Of a stretch of 64,000 nt of DNA, positions 18,902 to 28,013 are shown piece after piece. Both the position numbers and the translations under genes were made by a program. The first letter of the stretch is position 1. The number at the start of each line of letters is the position of its first letter. The notes under the pieces were generated by a model, which was not told the DNA's origin, searched no databases, and saw only the letters and a program-made list of their open reading frames with translations. The DNA lies in contig JAWVEN010000008.1 of the NCBI GenBank assembly GCA_033856675.1, positions 151,659 through 215,658 on the forward strand. The letters run 5' to 3'. Origin of the DNA: Gaiellales bacterium. GTDB lineage: Bacteria > Actinomycetota > Thermoleophilia > Gaiellales > JAICJC01.

Positions 18902-21025
18902 ATGATTGGTCGCTACGATCGGCTCATGAGCGTTGACGACTCCACCGTTGCCGAAGCCGGTTTGGCTCCCGATGAGCGGCTGATCAACCGGGAGCGGTCG
19001 TGGCTCGACTTCAACGCGCGCGTCCTGGAGCTGGCTGCCGATCCGGCCAATCCACCGCTCGAGCGGGTGCGCTTCTGCTCGATTGTGTCGTCGAACCTGG
19101 ACGAGTTCTTCATGGTCCGCGTCGCCGGGCTGCTGCGCCAGGCGGGCGCCGGGCTCGGTGTCCGATCGGCCGATGGCCGTACACCGCAGGCGACGCTCGT
19201 CGACATTCGCGCCCGCGCCCTCGAGCTGATGCAGCGTCAGTCACGCCTGTGGCACGACGAGCTCGTGCCGGAGCTGGAGCGTCAGGGCATCCACGTGACG
19301 GGGATCGAGGGCTGCAGCGAGGATGAGCTCTCCGAGCTTGCGGGGCGCTTCGACGCCGAGGTGTACCCCGTGCTGACACCACTCGCGGTCGGCCCCGGCC
19401 AGCCGTTCCCGTACATCTCCGGGCTGTCGCTCAGCCTCGGCGTCTTCGTCCGTGAGCCGGACGGGGGAGAGGAGCGATTCGCGCGCGTGAAGGTGCCCGA
19501 GGTGCTGCCGCGGTTCATCTCGGTGGGCGACCGCCAGGTGCTGATCCCGCTCGAGGACGTGATCGCTCATTTCCTCTCGTGGCTGTTCCCCGGCATGGAG
19601 ATCGTGGAGCACGCCGCCTTCCGTGTCACACGCGATGCCGACTTCGACGTGTCCGACGAGGCAGACGACCTGCTGGAGGCTGTCGAGTCGGAGCTGCGAA
19701 GGCGCCGGTTCGGCGACGCCGTCCGGGTGGAGGTCTCGAGTGCGATGAGCGAGGCGATGGTGCAGCAGTTGAAGGACGGCCTCGGCGTGTCCTCGGAGCA
19801 GATCTATGCGGTGGACGGGATGCTCGATCTCGCAGACCTGTCCCGCATTGCCGATCTCGACCGCCCCGACCTCCGCTTCGAGCCGTGGCTCCCCGTCACT
19901 CGCTCACGCCTGACGCCGTCGGCCGGGCGCCGTGACCTGTTTGCCGAGGTGCACCGCTCCGACATGCTCGTCCACATGCCGTACGACTCCTTCGCGACAT
20001 CCGTCGAGTCGTTCGTCCGCGCGGCGGCCAAGGATCCGGATGTCGTGGGCATGAAGACGACGGTCTATCGCACCAGCGACGACTCGGCGCTTCTGCCGGC
20101 CCTGATCGACGCCGCCGAGGAGGGCAAGCAGACCGTCTGCCTGGTCGAGCTGAAAGCGCGGTTCGACGAGCGGCGCAACATCGAGTGGTCGCGGGCGATG
20201 GAGCAGACAGGGGTGCACGTGGTGTACGGGTTCGCAAACCTCAAGATCCACGCCAAGATGACCCTGGTCGTGCGCCGTGAGGGCGACTCGCTGCATCGCT
20301 ACGCGCATATCGGGACCGGCAACTACAACGCGGTCACGGCGCGGCTCTACGAGGACTTCGGGCTGTTCACCGACGACGAGGCCATCACCGCCGACCTCGC
20401 CGACCTGTTCAACCACCTGACGGGGTTCGGGCGGCCCCAGCGGTTCCGAAAGATCCTGGCTGCGCCGTTCAACCTCCGAAGCGGGCTGACGGAGCGGATT
20501 CGTTCGGTGGCGCGCGCGGCGGCGGCCGGAGAGCACGCGCGGATCAGGATCAAGGTGAACGCGCTGGCGGACGCAGCCATGGTGGAGGAGCTGTACAAGG
20601 CCTCACAGGCGGGGGCGAAGATCGAGATCCTGGCTCGCAGCATCTCCACGCTGCGCCCCGGCGTTCCGGGTCTGTCCGAGAACATCACCGTACGAAGCGT
20701 GGTCGGCCGGTTCCTCGAGCACAGCCGCCTGTTCGTGTTCGAGGCGGGGGACGAGTCCACATCCTTCCTGGGGAGCGCCGACCTGATGACGCGCAACCTC
20801 GACCATCGCATCGAGGTGCTGGCACCGGTCGAGGATCAGCCCGCGCGTGACGAGATCAACGCGGTGATGGATGCGCTGATGGCAGACAACACCCAGGCGT
20901 GGGAGCTGCAGAGCGACAGTGCCTGGCGGCGCCTGTCGCCCGGCGATGACGAGCCACACAGGAGCACTCACGCTGCGCTGATGCGGCGGGCTCGCCTCCG
21001 CGTCCGCCGGCGCAGCGATTCGTAG
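18902..21025 (+). CDS. ppk1: Polyphosphate kinase 1
   Basis: LINRERSWLDFNARVLELA..., VRFCSIVSSNLDEFFMVRV, two PLD-like C-terminal domains (HAKMTLV..., GSADLMTRNLDHRIEV). The alternative start is ATG 18926. Confidence 0.9.
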   Translation: MIGRYDRLMSVDDSTVAEAGLAPDERLINRERSWLDFNARVLELAADPANPPLERVRFCSIVSSNLDEFFMVRVAGLLRQAGAGLGVRSADGRTPQATLVDIRARALELMQRQSRLWHDELVPELERQGIHVTGIEGCSEDELSELAGRFDAEVYPVLTPLAVGPGQPFPYISGLSLSLGVFVREPDGGEERFARVKVPEVLPRFISVGDRQVLIPLEDVIAHFLSWLFPGMEIVEHAAFRVTRDADFDVSDEADDLLEAVESELRRRRFGDAVRVEVSSAMSEAMVQQLKDGLGVSSEQIYAVDGMLDLADLSRIADLDRPDLRFEPWLPVTRSRLTPSAGRRDLFAEVHRSDMLVHMPYDSFATSVESFVRAAAKDPDVVGMKTTVYRTSDDSALLPALIDAAEEGKQTVCLVELKARFDERRNIEWSRAMEQTGVHVVYGFANLKIHAKMTLVVRREGDSLHRYAHIGTGNYNAVTARLYEDFGLFTDDEAITADLADLFNHLTGFGRPQRFRKILAAPFNLRSGLTERIRSVARAAAAGEHARIRIKVNALADAAMVEELYKASQAGAKIEILARSISTLRPGVPGLSENITVRSVVGRFLEHSRLFVFEAGDESTSFLGSADLMTRNLDHRIEVLAPVEDQPARDEINAVMDALMADNTQAWELQSDSAWRRLSPGDDEPHRSTHAALMRRARLRVRRRSDS

Positions 21026-21155
21026 ACGGCCGCGGCGATTGAGGCGCCGGAGATCCGGGCATGCCTCCCGGATGCTGAGACTCGCGAACGCGCTTTTCGG
21101 TGAGCGTCTGTCCATTCCGCGCGGCGTCCGAAGGCGCCGCGAGACTACGGGAACG

Positions 21156-22040
21156 ATGCGCGTCGCCGTAATTGACATCGGTTCGAACACCGTCCGCCTG
21201 CTTGCCGCACGTGCAGGGGCTGCCGGCGTCCCGGTGCCGATCTGCGAGCAGCGACGGCAGGTTGGCCTGGGGGAGGAGATCGAGCTCCGCGGCCACATCG
21301 GTGAGGCGAAGCTCGACGAAACCGCGCGCTGGGCCGCGAGGTACGCAGAGCGTGCCAGGCGGCTCGGATGCGAGCGGATCGACATGGTGGTGACCGCGCC
21401 GGGCCGTCAGAGCGCCAACGCCGGTGAGCTGCTCGAACGGCTGGCTGACGTCTCCGGTGTGGAACCTCGCGTGCTGTCGGCCGGGGACGAGGGCCGCCTC
21501 GCGTACGTCGGCGCGGTCGGCGCCGCGGGGAGCCTTCCCGAGCTCGTCGCGGTCGTGGACGTCGGCGGCGGGTCGACAGAGATCGCGTTTGGCTCGTCCA
21601 ACGGCGAGCCTGAGTGGATCGACTCGCTGGACATCGGGTCTCTGCGGCTGACGAGGCGCTTCTTCTCCGACGGGCGGCCGCGGAGGGTGGAGGTCAAGGC
21701 GGCGCGCGGCGACGTGCGCCGGCTGCTTGCCGAGGTGGAGGAGCCCGCCCCGAGCGGGGCGCTTGCCACCGGAGGAAGCGCCCGTGGCCTCCGCAGGCTG
21801 CTCGGTCGCAGCCTCGACGCGGAGGGGCTCGAACAGGCGATCGAGCTGATGACAGGACGCACCTCCGTCAAGATCGCCCGCAAGCACCGGCTCGAGCTGC
21901 GCCGCGCGCGGACGCTGCTTGCCGGAACCATCATCCTGGCCGAGGTGCAGGCCCGGCTCGGCGTCCCGCTTGTCGTAGCGCGGGGCGGGATGCGTGAGGG
22001 CCTCGCCGGCGAGGCGCTGGCTGAGCGCATCGCCGCCTAG
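21156..22040 (+). CDS. ppx: Ppx/GppA family exopolyphosphatase (N-terminal two-domain form)
   Basis: Start trimmed to MRVAVIDIGSNTVRLL... and VDVGGGSTEI (ASKHA-fold phosphate-binding motifs). Confidence 0.85.
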   Translation: MRVAVIDIGSNTVRLLAARAGAAGVPVPICEQRRQVGLGEEIELRGHIGEAKLDETARWAARYAERARRLGCERIDMVVTAPGRQSANAGELLERLADVSGVEPRVLSAGDEGRLAYVGAVGAAGSLPELVAVVDVGGGSTEIAFGSSNGEPEWIDSLDIGSLRLTRRFFSDGRPRRVEVKAARGDVRRLLAEVEEPAPSGALATGGSARGLRRLLGRSLDAEGLEQAIELMTGRTSVKIARKHRLELRRARTLLAGTIILAEVQARLGVPLVVARGGMREGLAGEALAERIAA

Positions 22041-22462
22041 ACGCTCACGTACTCCACCGGCTCGAAATCACGCTCCGGGTCGAGCACCCACAGGGACCCC
22101 TTCTTGGCGGGGCGGTCGTAGCCGATCAGCCCGGCGATGACGTCGCCGTGCGTGCACAGCACGGCGTCGCCGTCGATGTCACGCAGCGACTCCATCAACT
22201 CGAGCACCGCCGCGGCAGGCGCTCCCTCGGCAAGTTCCTCGCGGAGCTCGATCTCGAGGTTGAGCAGCGCCGCCAAGGGCTCAACGGTCTGGACGCAGCG
22301 CGTGTAGGGACTGCTGAGGATGCGCCTGACAGGGCGCTCGGCAAGCAGCTCGGCGAGTCGCTTCGCCTGCTTTCGGCCCTTCTTGTCGAGGGGGCGAACC
22401 GTGTCGTCGGCGTAGGTCCCGCGTGTACCGGCGCGCGCGTGTCGCACGAGCAGGATCGCCAT
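22037..22462 (-). CDS. Histidine phosphatase family protein (SixA-like)
   Basis: MAILLVRHARAG... is the RHG catalytic motif; LCTHGDVI follows. 141 aa. Confidence 0.8.
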   Translation of the reverse strand: MAILLVRHARAGTRGTYADDTVRPLDKKGRKQAKRLAELLAERPVRRILSSPYTRCVQTVEPLAALLNLEIELREELAEGAPAAAVLELMESLRDIDGDAVLCTHGDVIAGLIGYDRPAKKGSLWVLDPERDFEPVEYVSV

Positions 22463-22464
22463 GA

Positions 22465-23904
22465 TCAGGCCCAGGCAGCCTTGCCGCGCTGCTTGAGCTC
22501 GTCCCAGGCCGCTGGGTACGCAGCGCGCGCCTCGCGCCGCCGCTCGCGCTGGCGTTCCGCCACCATCCCGGCCGCGAACGCCTGATCCGGTGGCGCGGTC
22601 TCGGCCAGTTCCCGGATGACGCCTTCGGCAACGTGCGCGTCCTGATGGTCGCCGAGGACGTCCTGAAGATCCTTCGCCGTCCGGATGAACTTCGATGCCT
22701 TCTTGCCTCGCACCCGCTCGGCCAGCTCCGCCGCGTAGCGCGCCCGCTTGACCGAGATGCGGGCGGCATGCAGCACCTCGTCCGGCGAGTCGGCGTCGAG
22801 CTTGCGCATCGTCCTGCGCAGGCGCCGGAACTCCTTGCCGGCGATGCTCTCCAGGCGCACCGATTGGTCGATCACGGGCGGTGAGCGAAGCTCCGTCTCG
22901 AGCCGTTCGAGCAGCTCGCGGTAGCGGGGCGTACGCATCTCGGCGAGCATGATCCGCCGCGCCTCTGTCCTGCGGTCGCCCAGTTGTGACAGGAGCACTT
23001 CCATCGCGCTGCGCTCGCGTTCGTCGAGATGGGCGGCGTCACGCTCGAGGTGCTCCACCAGCACGTCGAGGTCGCGGACATCGCCGAGGGCGCGGCCGGC
23101 CCACGCCAGTTCGTCCCGCAGGCTTCGCACCCAGGCCGCGTCGAGCATCGGTCGCGCCGCCCGAAGCAGCGCTCGCAGCCGCCGGATCGCGACGCGGTGC
23201 TGGTGGAGGTGCTCCGGGTCGGTTCCGAGCCGCGTGCCCGGGTCGTTGGCGAGGATCGCCCGGTACTGCTGGTCGAGCATCGCGATCAGGTGATCGGCTG
23301 CCGGGGCGTTCCGTTTCGGGGCCGACGGGAGGCTGCGGCTGAGGTCGAGTGCCTGGAACACCTTCGGACGCCCGTCGGCGTCCCCGGCGCCCGCCGCGCG
23401 GAGATCGCGCTCGATGCGGCGCAGCGCATCCTCGTCGCCGTCGACGAGCTCGACCTCGAGTTCCTCGAAGCGGTGGCTGTCGCGCTTTCCGGTTCCATCG
23501 GTCACCGTGACCTCGTCGATCACGACCTCCGCCAGCTCGCGTCCGTTCTCGCGCACGAGAAAGCCCTGGCGGACGGTGTCGAGGGTGGCGACAGGCCCCA
23601 GCGGGCGGCCACGTGTGGTGGCGGAGACGAGATCTCCGAAGCGCGCCGGCACGTGTTTCGCGCCGCCGGGAAGCTCGAGCTCGAGCCGGGCGTTGTCCCT
23701 GGGCAGCTTCAGCTGCCACACGCCCGCGCCGGCATTGCCGACGCGATAGCGCAACGTGATGCCGACGGCGGCCAGGCGATGATCGGCCGTGTCGTGGTAG
23801 ATCGACGAGAAGCGGCGCGGAACGATCGGCTCGCCAAGCGACTGCGGCATCGAGAAGCCGTCACCCGCTCGCAGTTTGATCTCACGCTCCAGCGTGTGCT
23901 TCAT
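22465..23904 (-). CDS. CYTH and CHAD domain-containing protein
   Basis: N-terminal ExExK (LEREIKL) of triphosphate tunnel enzymes. C-terminal helical CHAD with conserved His/Arg repeats (HQHRVAIRRLRALLR, HAARISVKRARYAAE). Confidence 0.85.
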   Translation of the reverse strand: MKHTLEREIKLRAGDGFSMPQSLGEPIVPRRFSSIYHDTADHRLAAVGITLRYRVGNAGAGVWQLKLPRDNARLELELPGGAKHVPARFGDLVSATTRGRPLGPVATLDTVRQGFLVRENGRELAEVVIDEVTVTDGTGKRDSHRFEELEVELVDGDEDALRRIERDLRAAGAGDADGRPKVFQALDLSRSLPSAPKRNAPAADHLIAMLDQQYRAILANDPGTRLGTDPEHLHQHRVAIRRLRALLRAARPMLDAAWVRSLRDELAWAGRALGDVRDLDVLVEHLERDAAHLDERERSAMEVLLSQLGDRRTEARRIMLAEMRTPRYRELLERLETELRSPPVIDQSVRLESIAGKEFRRLRRTMRKLDADSPDEVLHAARISVKRARYAAELAERVRGKKASKFIRTAKDLQDVLGDHQDAHVAEGVIRELAETAPPDQAFAAGMVAERQRERRREARAAYPAAWDELKQRGKAAWA

Positions 23905-23979
23905 CTGCCCCGAATTGTACGGTGCGATGAGCTATCCGTCGCCCTCGTGGTGACGGGGGGCGACGCGCGCGCTTCGGCG

Positions 23980-24087
23980 TCAGATCCAGCGGCTCTTGTC
24001 CCGCGTGTCCGAGATGCGGGAGTCGGCGCCCCCGATCACGGCCAACGGGCCAACGAGCAACAAGAAAAGAATGAAGAGAAGTTCCAT
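23980..24087 (-). CDS. Candidate 35-aa hydrophobic mini-protein (not in the ORF track)
   Basis: My own translation: MELLFILFLLLVGPLAVIGGADSRISDTRDKSRWI. One TM helix plus a G-x-DSR basic tail. Divergent from the LysR gene. No clear SD. Confidence 0.35.
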   Translation of the reverse strand: MELLFILFLLLVGPLAVIGGADSRISDTRDKSRWI

Positions 24088-24146
24088 GCATTCATCATCG
24101 GCACACTTGTCGATTAGAACAAGTCGAGTTATCGTTCATATCGATA

Positions 24147-25085
24147 ATGGAACCTGATCGATGGCTTGGAGTGGAGCTACGCCACCTCGCCGCCCTCCAG
24201 GCGGTGGCGGAGGAGGGCAGCTTCGGACGCGCCGCAATTCGGCTTGGATACACGCAATCGGCCGTCAGCCAGCAGATCGCGACGCTTGAGCGGCTGGTCG
24301 GTGAGCGTCTCGTCGAGCGGCCCGGCGGTCCTCGCCCCATCTCGCTGACTGAGGCGGGATCGGTGCTCCTGCGCCACGCCGAGGGCATCGTCGCCCGCCT
24401 GCGCGCCGCGCAGGCCGACCTGGCGGCACTTGCCGAGGGCGCGGCGGGATCGCTTCGCGTCGGCACGTATCAGAGCGTCGGTGCCCGTGTCCTGCCCGAG
24501 GTGATTCGCCGTTTCTCGTCGTCTCACCCGCTGGTCGACGTCACCCTGTCCGAGGCGGAGGACGCGACGCTGCTGCGCAAGATCGAGGAGGGCGAGCTCG
24601 ACCTCGCGTTCATTCACCTGCCGCTGCCGGATGGCCCGTTCGAGGCCATCGAGCTGCTGCGCGACCCGTACGTCCTCGTTGCGCGCAAGGACTCTCCGAT
24701 CGCGACCGGCCCGCCGCCGACGCTACGCGACGTCGGCGAGCTGCCGCTGATCAGCTTCCGCACCTGCTCGAATGGGCACCAGCTGGAGGCGCATCTGAAG
24801 CTTCGCGGAATGACTCCCGACGTCGTCTTCCGCTCTGACGACAACGGCACCATGCAGGGCATGGTCGCTGCCGGCGTCGGCGTTGCCCTGATGCCGCTGC
24901 TCGCCGTCGACGCAGCCGACCCGCGCGTCTCGGTGATCGACATGAGCGGCCGCATCCCGCCGCGCCTGATCGGCATTGCCTGGCATCGCGACCGCGTCCG
25001 CTCGACGGCCGCCCGCTCGTTCGTCGACCTTGCGGGCGACGTCTGCGCAGAGCTCGCGGCCAAGCCCGTCGCGGCAACGGCGTAG
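24147..25085 (+). CDS. LysR family transcriptional regulator
   Basis: LRHLAALQAVAEEGSFGRAAIRLGYTQSAVSQQIATLE is the LTTR HTH. C-terminal substrate-binding domain. Confidence 0.9.
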   Translation: MEPDRWLGVELRHLAALQAVAEEGSFGRAAIRLGYTQSAVSQQIATLERLVGERLVERPGGPRPISLTEAGSVLLRHAEGIVARLRAAQADLAALAEGAAGSLRVGTYQSVGARVLPEVIRRFSSSHPLVDVTLSEAEDATLLRKIEEGELDLAFIHLPLPDGPFEAIELLRDPYVLVARKDSPIATGPPPTLRDVGELPLISFRTCSNGHQLEAHLKLRGMTPDVVFRSDDNGTMQGMVAAGVGVALMPLLAVDAADPRVSVIDMSGRIPPRLIGIAWHRDRVRSTAARSFVDLAGDVCAELAAKPVAATA

Positions 25086-25156
25086 GCCACCCGCAACGCG
25101 CGTCGTTCTCTTGACGCAACCGTGACCCGCGACAACGTTTTCGTCACTACGCCTGA

Positions 25157-25201
25157 CACCGAGGTGCCTGGCACCGGTGCCATCGGGCACCGGTGCCATC
25201 G
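25157..25201. repeat. Array of GGTGCC/GGCACC palindromic units containing an exact 16-nt tandem duplication
   Basis: caccgaGGTGCCtGGCACCGGTGCCatcgGGCACCGGTGCCatcg. The unit ggcaccggtgccatcg occurs at 25170-25185 and again at 25186-25201, and abuts the stop codon of the 25202 gene. Confidence 0.7.
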
Positions 25202-26170
25202 TCACTCGTAGATGATCACGTCCGGGCGGGGGCGAAGGCCCAGCACGGCGCGCGGCGTCATCAGGTTCACGTCCTCGTGGTAGAACAGCTTGAAGCCGTG
25301 GTGCCATGGCTGGCCGCGGTCGGCGAAGAGGTGGTACTTCGAGACCTTATTCGGCCGGTCGCCGAAGCCGTCGACGTTCAGCACCAGGGCGACGCCGTCC
25401 TCCGTTTGGAGCAGCTCGCGATGGCGGATCATCTCGTGGGTGAACTGATGGACGATCAGCAGCTTCTCGGGCAGGTTGTGCTCCCGCACGAGGTCCGCGA
25501 GGTAGTTCGAGACGCGGTTCACGACGACCGACTCCGTCGACCCGATCACCGTCCCCGGCACCTCGCCGGGTCGCATGCTCCACTCCGGATCGAGGGCGAG
25601 CCCCACGTCGGGCTCACCCAGCCAGGGCTCGAAGGCGCGCACCTCGTCCATGAACCGCGCGCGGCCCGGCTGGATGTCCAGGATCAGCAGTGCCTCGGCC
25701 CGCCGCGCTGCGGCCAGGTAGCGATCGATCACCTCGGCTGACTGTCGCAGCCGGTAGCGGCCGTCGTCGCCCGGGTCGGCGGTGACGATCGTCGCGATCA
25801 GCTCCAGCGCCGGCATCACGCGCCTGCTCGTGACGTCGTACTCGTCTGCCTGATCGAGGAGCTTCGCCGTTGCCTCGGCCGGCGTGCCGATGCCGAGCTC
25901 GCCGAGCTTCGGATCCTGCGGTGCGCCGTAGTAGGCAACGATGCGGTGGTCGGGGAAGAGCACCCGTCCGCCGCCCGGAAGCGTCGGGGGCGGTGGGGGC
26001 TGGGACGCCGCCGCGCCCGCGCCGTCGGCTGCGAGCTCGGTGCCTCCGCCGCGCAGCACCATCACCGTACCGGCGACCAGCACCAGCGTGACACCGGCGG
26101 CCGCGGCAGCGATGCGCCGCTCGCGACGGGTCCGCCGCCGTGCGGCCTCACGCCGGTCGAGGCCGTTCAT
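25202..26170 (-). CDS. Conserved hypothetical membrane-anchored extracytoplasmic protein
   Basis: Arg-rich N-terminus plus a TM segment (AAAAAGVTLVLVAGTVMVL). Body contains LILDIQPGRARF...VGLALDPEW. No family assigned by eye. Confidence 0.65.
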   Translation of the reverse strand: MNGLDRREAARRRTRRERRIAAAAAGVTLVLVAGTVMVLRGGGTELAADGAGAAASQPPPPPTLPGGGRVLFPDHRIVAYYGAPQDPKLGELGIGTPAEATAKLLDQADEYDVTSRRVMPALELIATIVTADPGDDGRYRLRQSAEVIDRYLAAARRAEALLILDIQPGRARFMDEVRAFEPWLGEPDVGLALDPEWSMRPGEVPGTVIGSTESVVVNRVSNYLADLVREHNLPEKLLIVHQFTHEMIRHRELLQTEDGVALVLNVDGFGDRPNKVSKYHLFADRGQPWHHGFKLFYHEDVNLMTPRAVLGLRPRPDVIIYE

Positions 26171-26376
26171 GCCAGCCCCTCCCCGACGAACGCGACATTC
26201 GACCCGGCCATGTAGTCGTGCCGGCGCAGCGACAAGCGCGGCGGCTCGCTACCGCAGGCACCGCTCAGCCGGTGCCAAAGCTGCCGCGGGTGCGCGACCG
26301 TCGCGAGGCCGACAGCGCCCGCGCCGCGAGCGGCGCCGCCACCGGCGAGCAGTCGCCGTCGGGTCAGTCTGCTCAC
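26167..26376 (-). CDS. Candidate 69-aa protein with a twin-arginine-like N-terminus
   Basis: VSRLTRRRLLAGGGAARGAGAVGLATVA... High GC3. 4-nt overlaps with ABC-F upstream and the membrane protein downstream. Confidence 0.35.
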   Translation of the reverse strand: MSRLTRRRLLAGGGAARGAGAVGLATVAHPRQLWHRLSGACGSEPPRLSLRRHDYMAGSNVAFVGEGLA

Positions 26377-28013
26377 GCGGCCACACCTCCACGGCGTGCG
26401 GCGTACCAGTCGCTGTAGCCGCCCTCTGACGCCGTCGCGCGCCCGTCGGCTACCTCGACGATCCGGTCGGAGATGCGGTCGAGGAAGTACCGGTCGTGGG
26501 AGACGAACACCACCGTCCCGTCGAACGACTCGAGCGCACCTTCGAGCGCCTCGACCGAGTCGATGTCGAGGTGGTTCGTCGGCTCGTCGAGCACCAGGAA
26601 GTTCGCGCCGCCGCGCATCAGCAGCAGCAGCTCGAGCCGCGTTCGCTCGCCGCCGGACAGCTTCCCGACGGGCTGGCGCACCTGCTCGTAGGTGAACAGA
26701 AACCGCATCAGGGCGTGCACCGCCTCGTCCTCCGTGCCGGGGCGCTGGAGACGCACGGCCTCGATCGGCGTCGCGGCACCGAGAGCGGGGTGGTTCTCCT
26801 GCGCCAGCACGCCCAGCTCGATCGACGGCCCAATCCAGCGCTCGCCGTTGACCGGCTCGAGGTCGCCGGTCAAGAGCCTGACAAGCACGCTCTTGCCGGT
26901 GCCGTTGGCACCGATGATGCCGACCCGCTCGCCGCGCATCACGGTCAGCGACACGTCGAGCAGCACCGGGTCGTCACCGAATGCCGCGTCGACGTGGCGA
27001 AGCTCGACCACCCGCTGGCCGCCCCGCCGCTCGCTGCGAAGCCGTAGTCCCATGCGGCGACGCTCGAGCACCGGGCGGTCGACCTTGTCCATCCGGTCGA
27101 TCCGGCGTTGCGCGTTTCGTGCCCGCTTGATGTGCCGCTCGTCGGCAACCCAGCTCGCCCAGAGCTTGAAGCGCTTGATCGCCTCCTCGAGCCGGGCGAT
27201 CTCCTTCTGCTGGGTGACGAACTGCTGCTGCCGGCGCTGGAGGGCGAGCTCCCGCGCCGCTGCGTAGGCGGAGTAGTTCCCCGGCCAGAGCGTGATCGTG
27301 CCGCCGTCCAGCTCGGCGACCATCGTGGCCGTCTCGTCGAGCAGATAGCGGTCGTGGCTGACCATCACCACGGCGCCCCCGAACGAGCGCACCAGACGCT
27401 CGAGGTCGCTGCGGCGCTCGGCGTCGAGATGCGTCTCGGGCTCGTCGAGCAGCAGCACATCGGGCTCCTGGGCCAGGCATGCGGCGAGCTCGACCAGCTT
27501 CCGCTGGCCGCCCGACAGCACGTCTGTGGGCTCGTCGAGAGCGGAGCTGCGTATCCCAAGGTCGAGGAGGAGCGACTCCACACGGCCTTCGAACAGGTGG
27601 CCGCCGGCCTGCTCCAGCTCGTCGAGCAGGCGCTGCTGGCGACGAAGGACACGGTCCATCAGCTCCATGTCCGCCATCACCTCCGGCGTGCCGAGCCGCT
27701 CGGTGCACTCCGCCAGCTCGCGCCCGAGCCGGGCGATCTGCGGCCGGGCGGCGCGCACGATCTGCCGCGGCGTGCGGCTGTCCGGCTGCACCTGCTGGGG
27801 CAGATAGGCGGTGACGAGGCCGCGTCGCCGGGTGGTCGCGCCGGCGTCGGGCTCCTCGGTTCCCTGGAGGAGCCGGAGCAGGGTCGACTTGCCGCCGCCG
27901 TTGGGGCCGATGATGCCAATGCGGGCGCCATCCTGCACCTCGAATTCCAGGTCGTGCAGGATCGTGCGCGCGCCGAAGGCCTTCGATGCGCCGATCAGGC
28001 TGATAAGGATGAT
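26373..28013 (-). CDS. ABC-F family ATPase (two ABC domains joined by a linker); start codon non-canonical
   Basis: Two Walker A sites (GPNGGGKST, GANGTGKS) and two signatures (LSGGQRKLVELA, LSGGERTRLELL). N-terminus extended 25 codons beyond the track ORF to an ATC at 28011-28013, which is preceded by GGAG-N7. Confidence 0.8.
   Translation of the reverse strand: MILISLIGASKAFGARTILHDLEFEVQDGARIGIIGPNGGGKSTLLRLLQGTEEPDAGATTRRRGLVTAYLPQQVQPDSRTPRQIVRAARPQIARLGRELAECTERLGTPEVMADMELMDRVLRRQQRLLDELEQAGGHLFEGRVESLLLDLGIRSSALDEPTDVLSGGQRKLVELAACLAQEPDVLLLDEPETHLDAERRSDLERLVRSFGGAVVMVSHDRYLLDETATMVAELDGGTITLWPGNYSAYAAARELALQRRQQQFVTQQKEIARLEEAIKRFKLWASWVADERHIKRARNAQRRIDRMDKVDRPVLERRRMGLRLRSERRGGQRVVELRHVDAAFGDDPVLLDVSLTVMRGERVGIIGANGTGKSVLVRLLTGDLEPVNGERWIGPSIELGVLAQENHPALGAATPIEAVRLQRPGTEDEAVHALMRFLFTYEQVRQPVGKLSGGERTRLELLLLMRGGANFLVLDEPTNHLDIDSVEALEGALESFDGTVVFVSHDRYFLDRISDRIVEVADGRATASEGGYSDWYAARRGGVAA

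Noticed and set aside
23882-24466. Track ORFs 23882..24091(-) of 69 aa and 24095..24466(-) of 123 aa
   Set aside because: The first is an R/P/G-rich frame overlapping the end of the CYTH-CHAD gene. The second is antisense to the LysR HTH region. The only credible small gene in the gap is the 35-aa frame at 23980..24087.
25170-25201. Possible CRISPR or other repeat array
   Set aside because: There are only two directly abutting 16-nt copies with no spacers, and no cas genes anywhere in the window. The about-280-bp periodicity at 55610-58198 is protein-coding.
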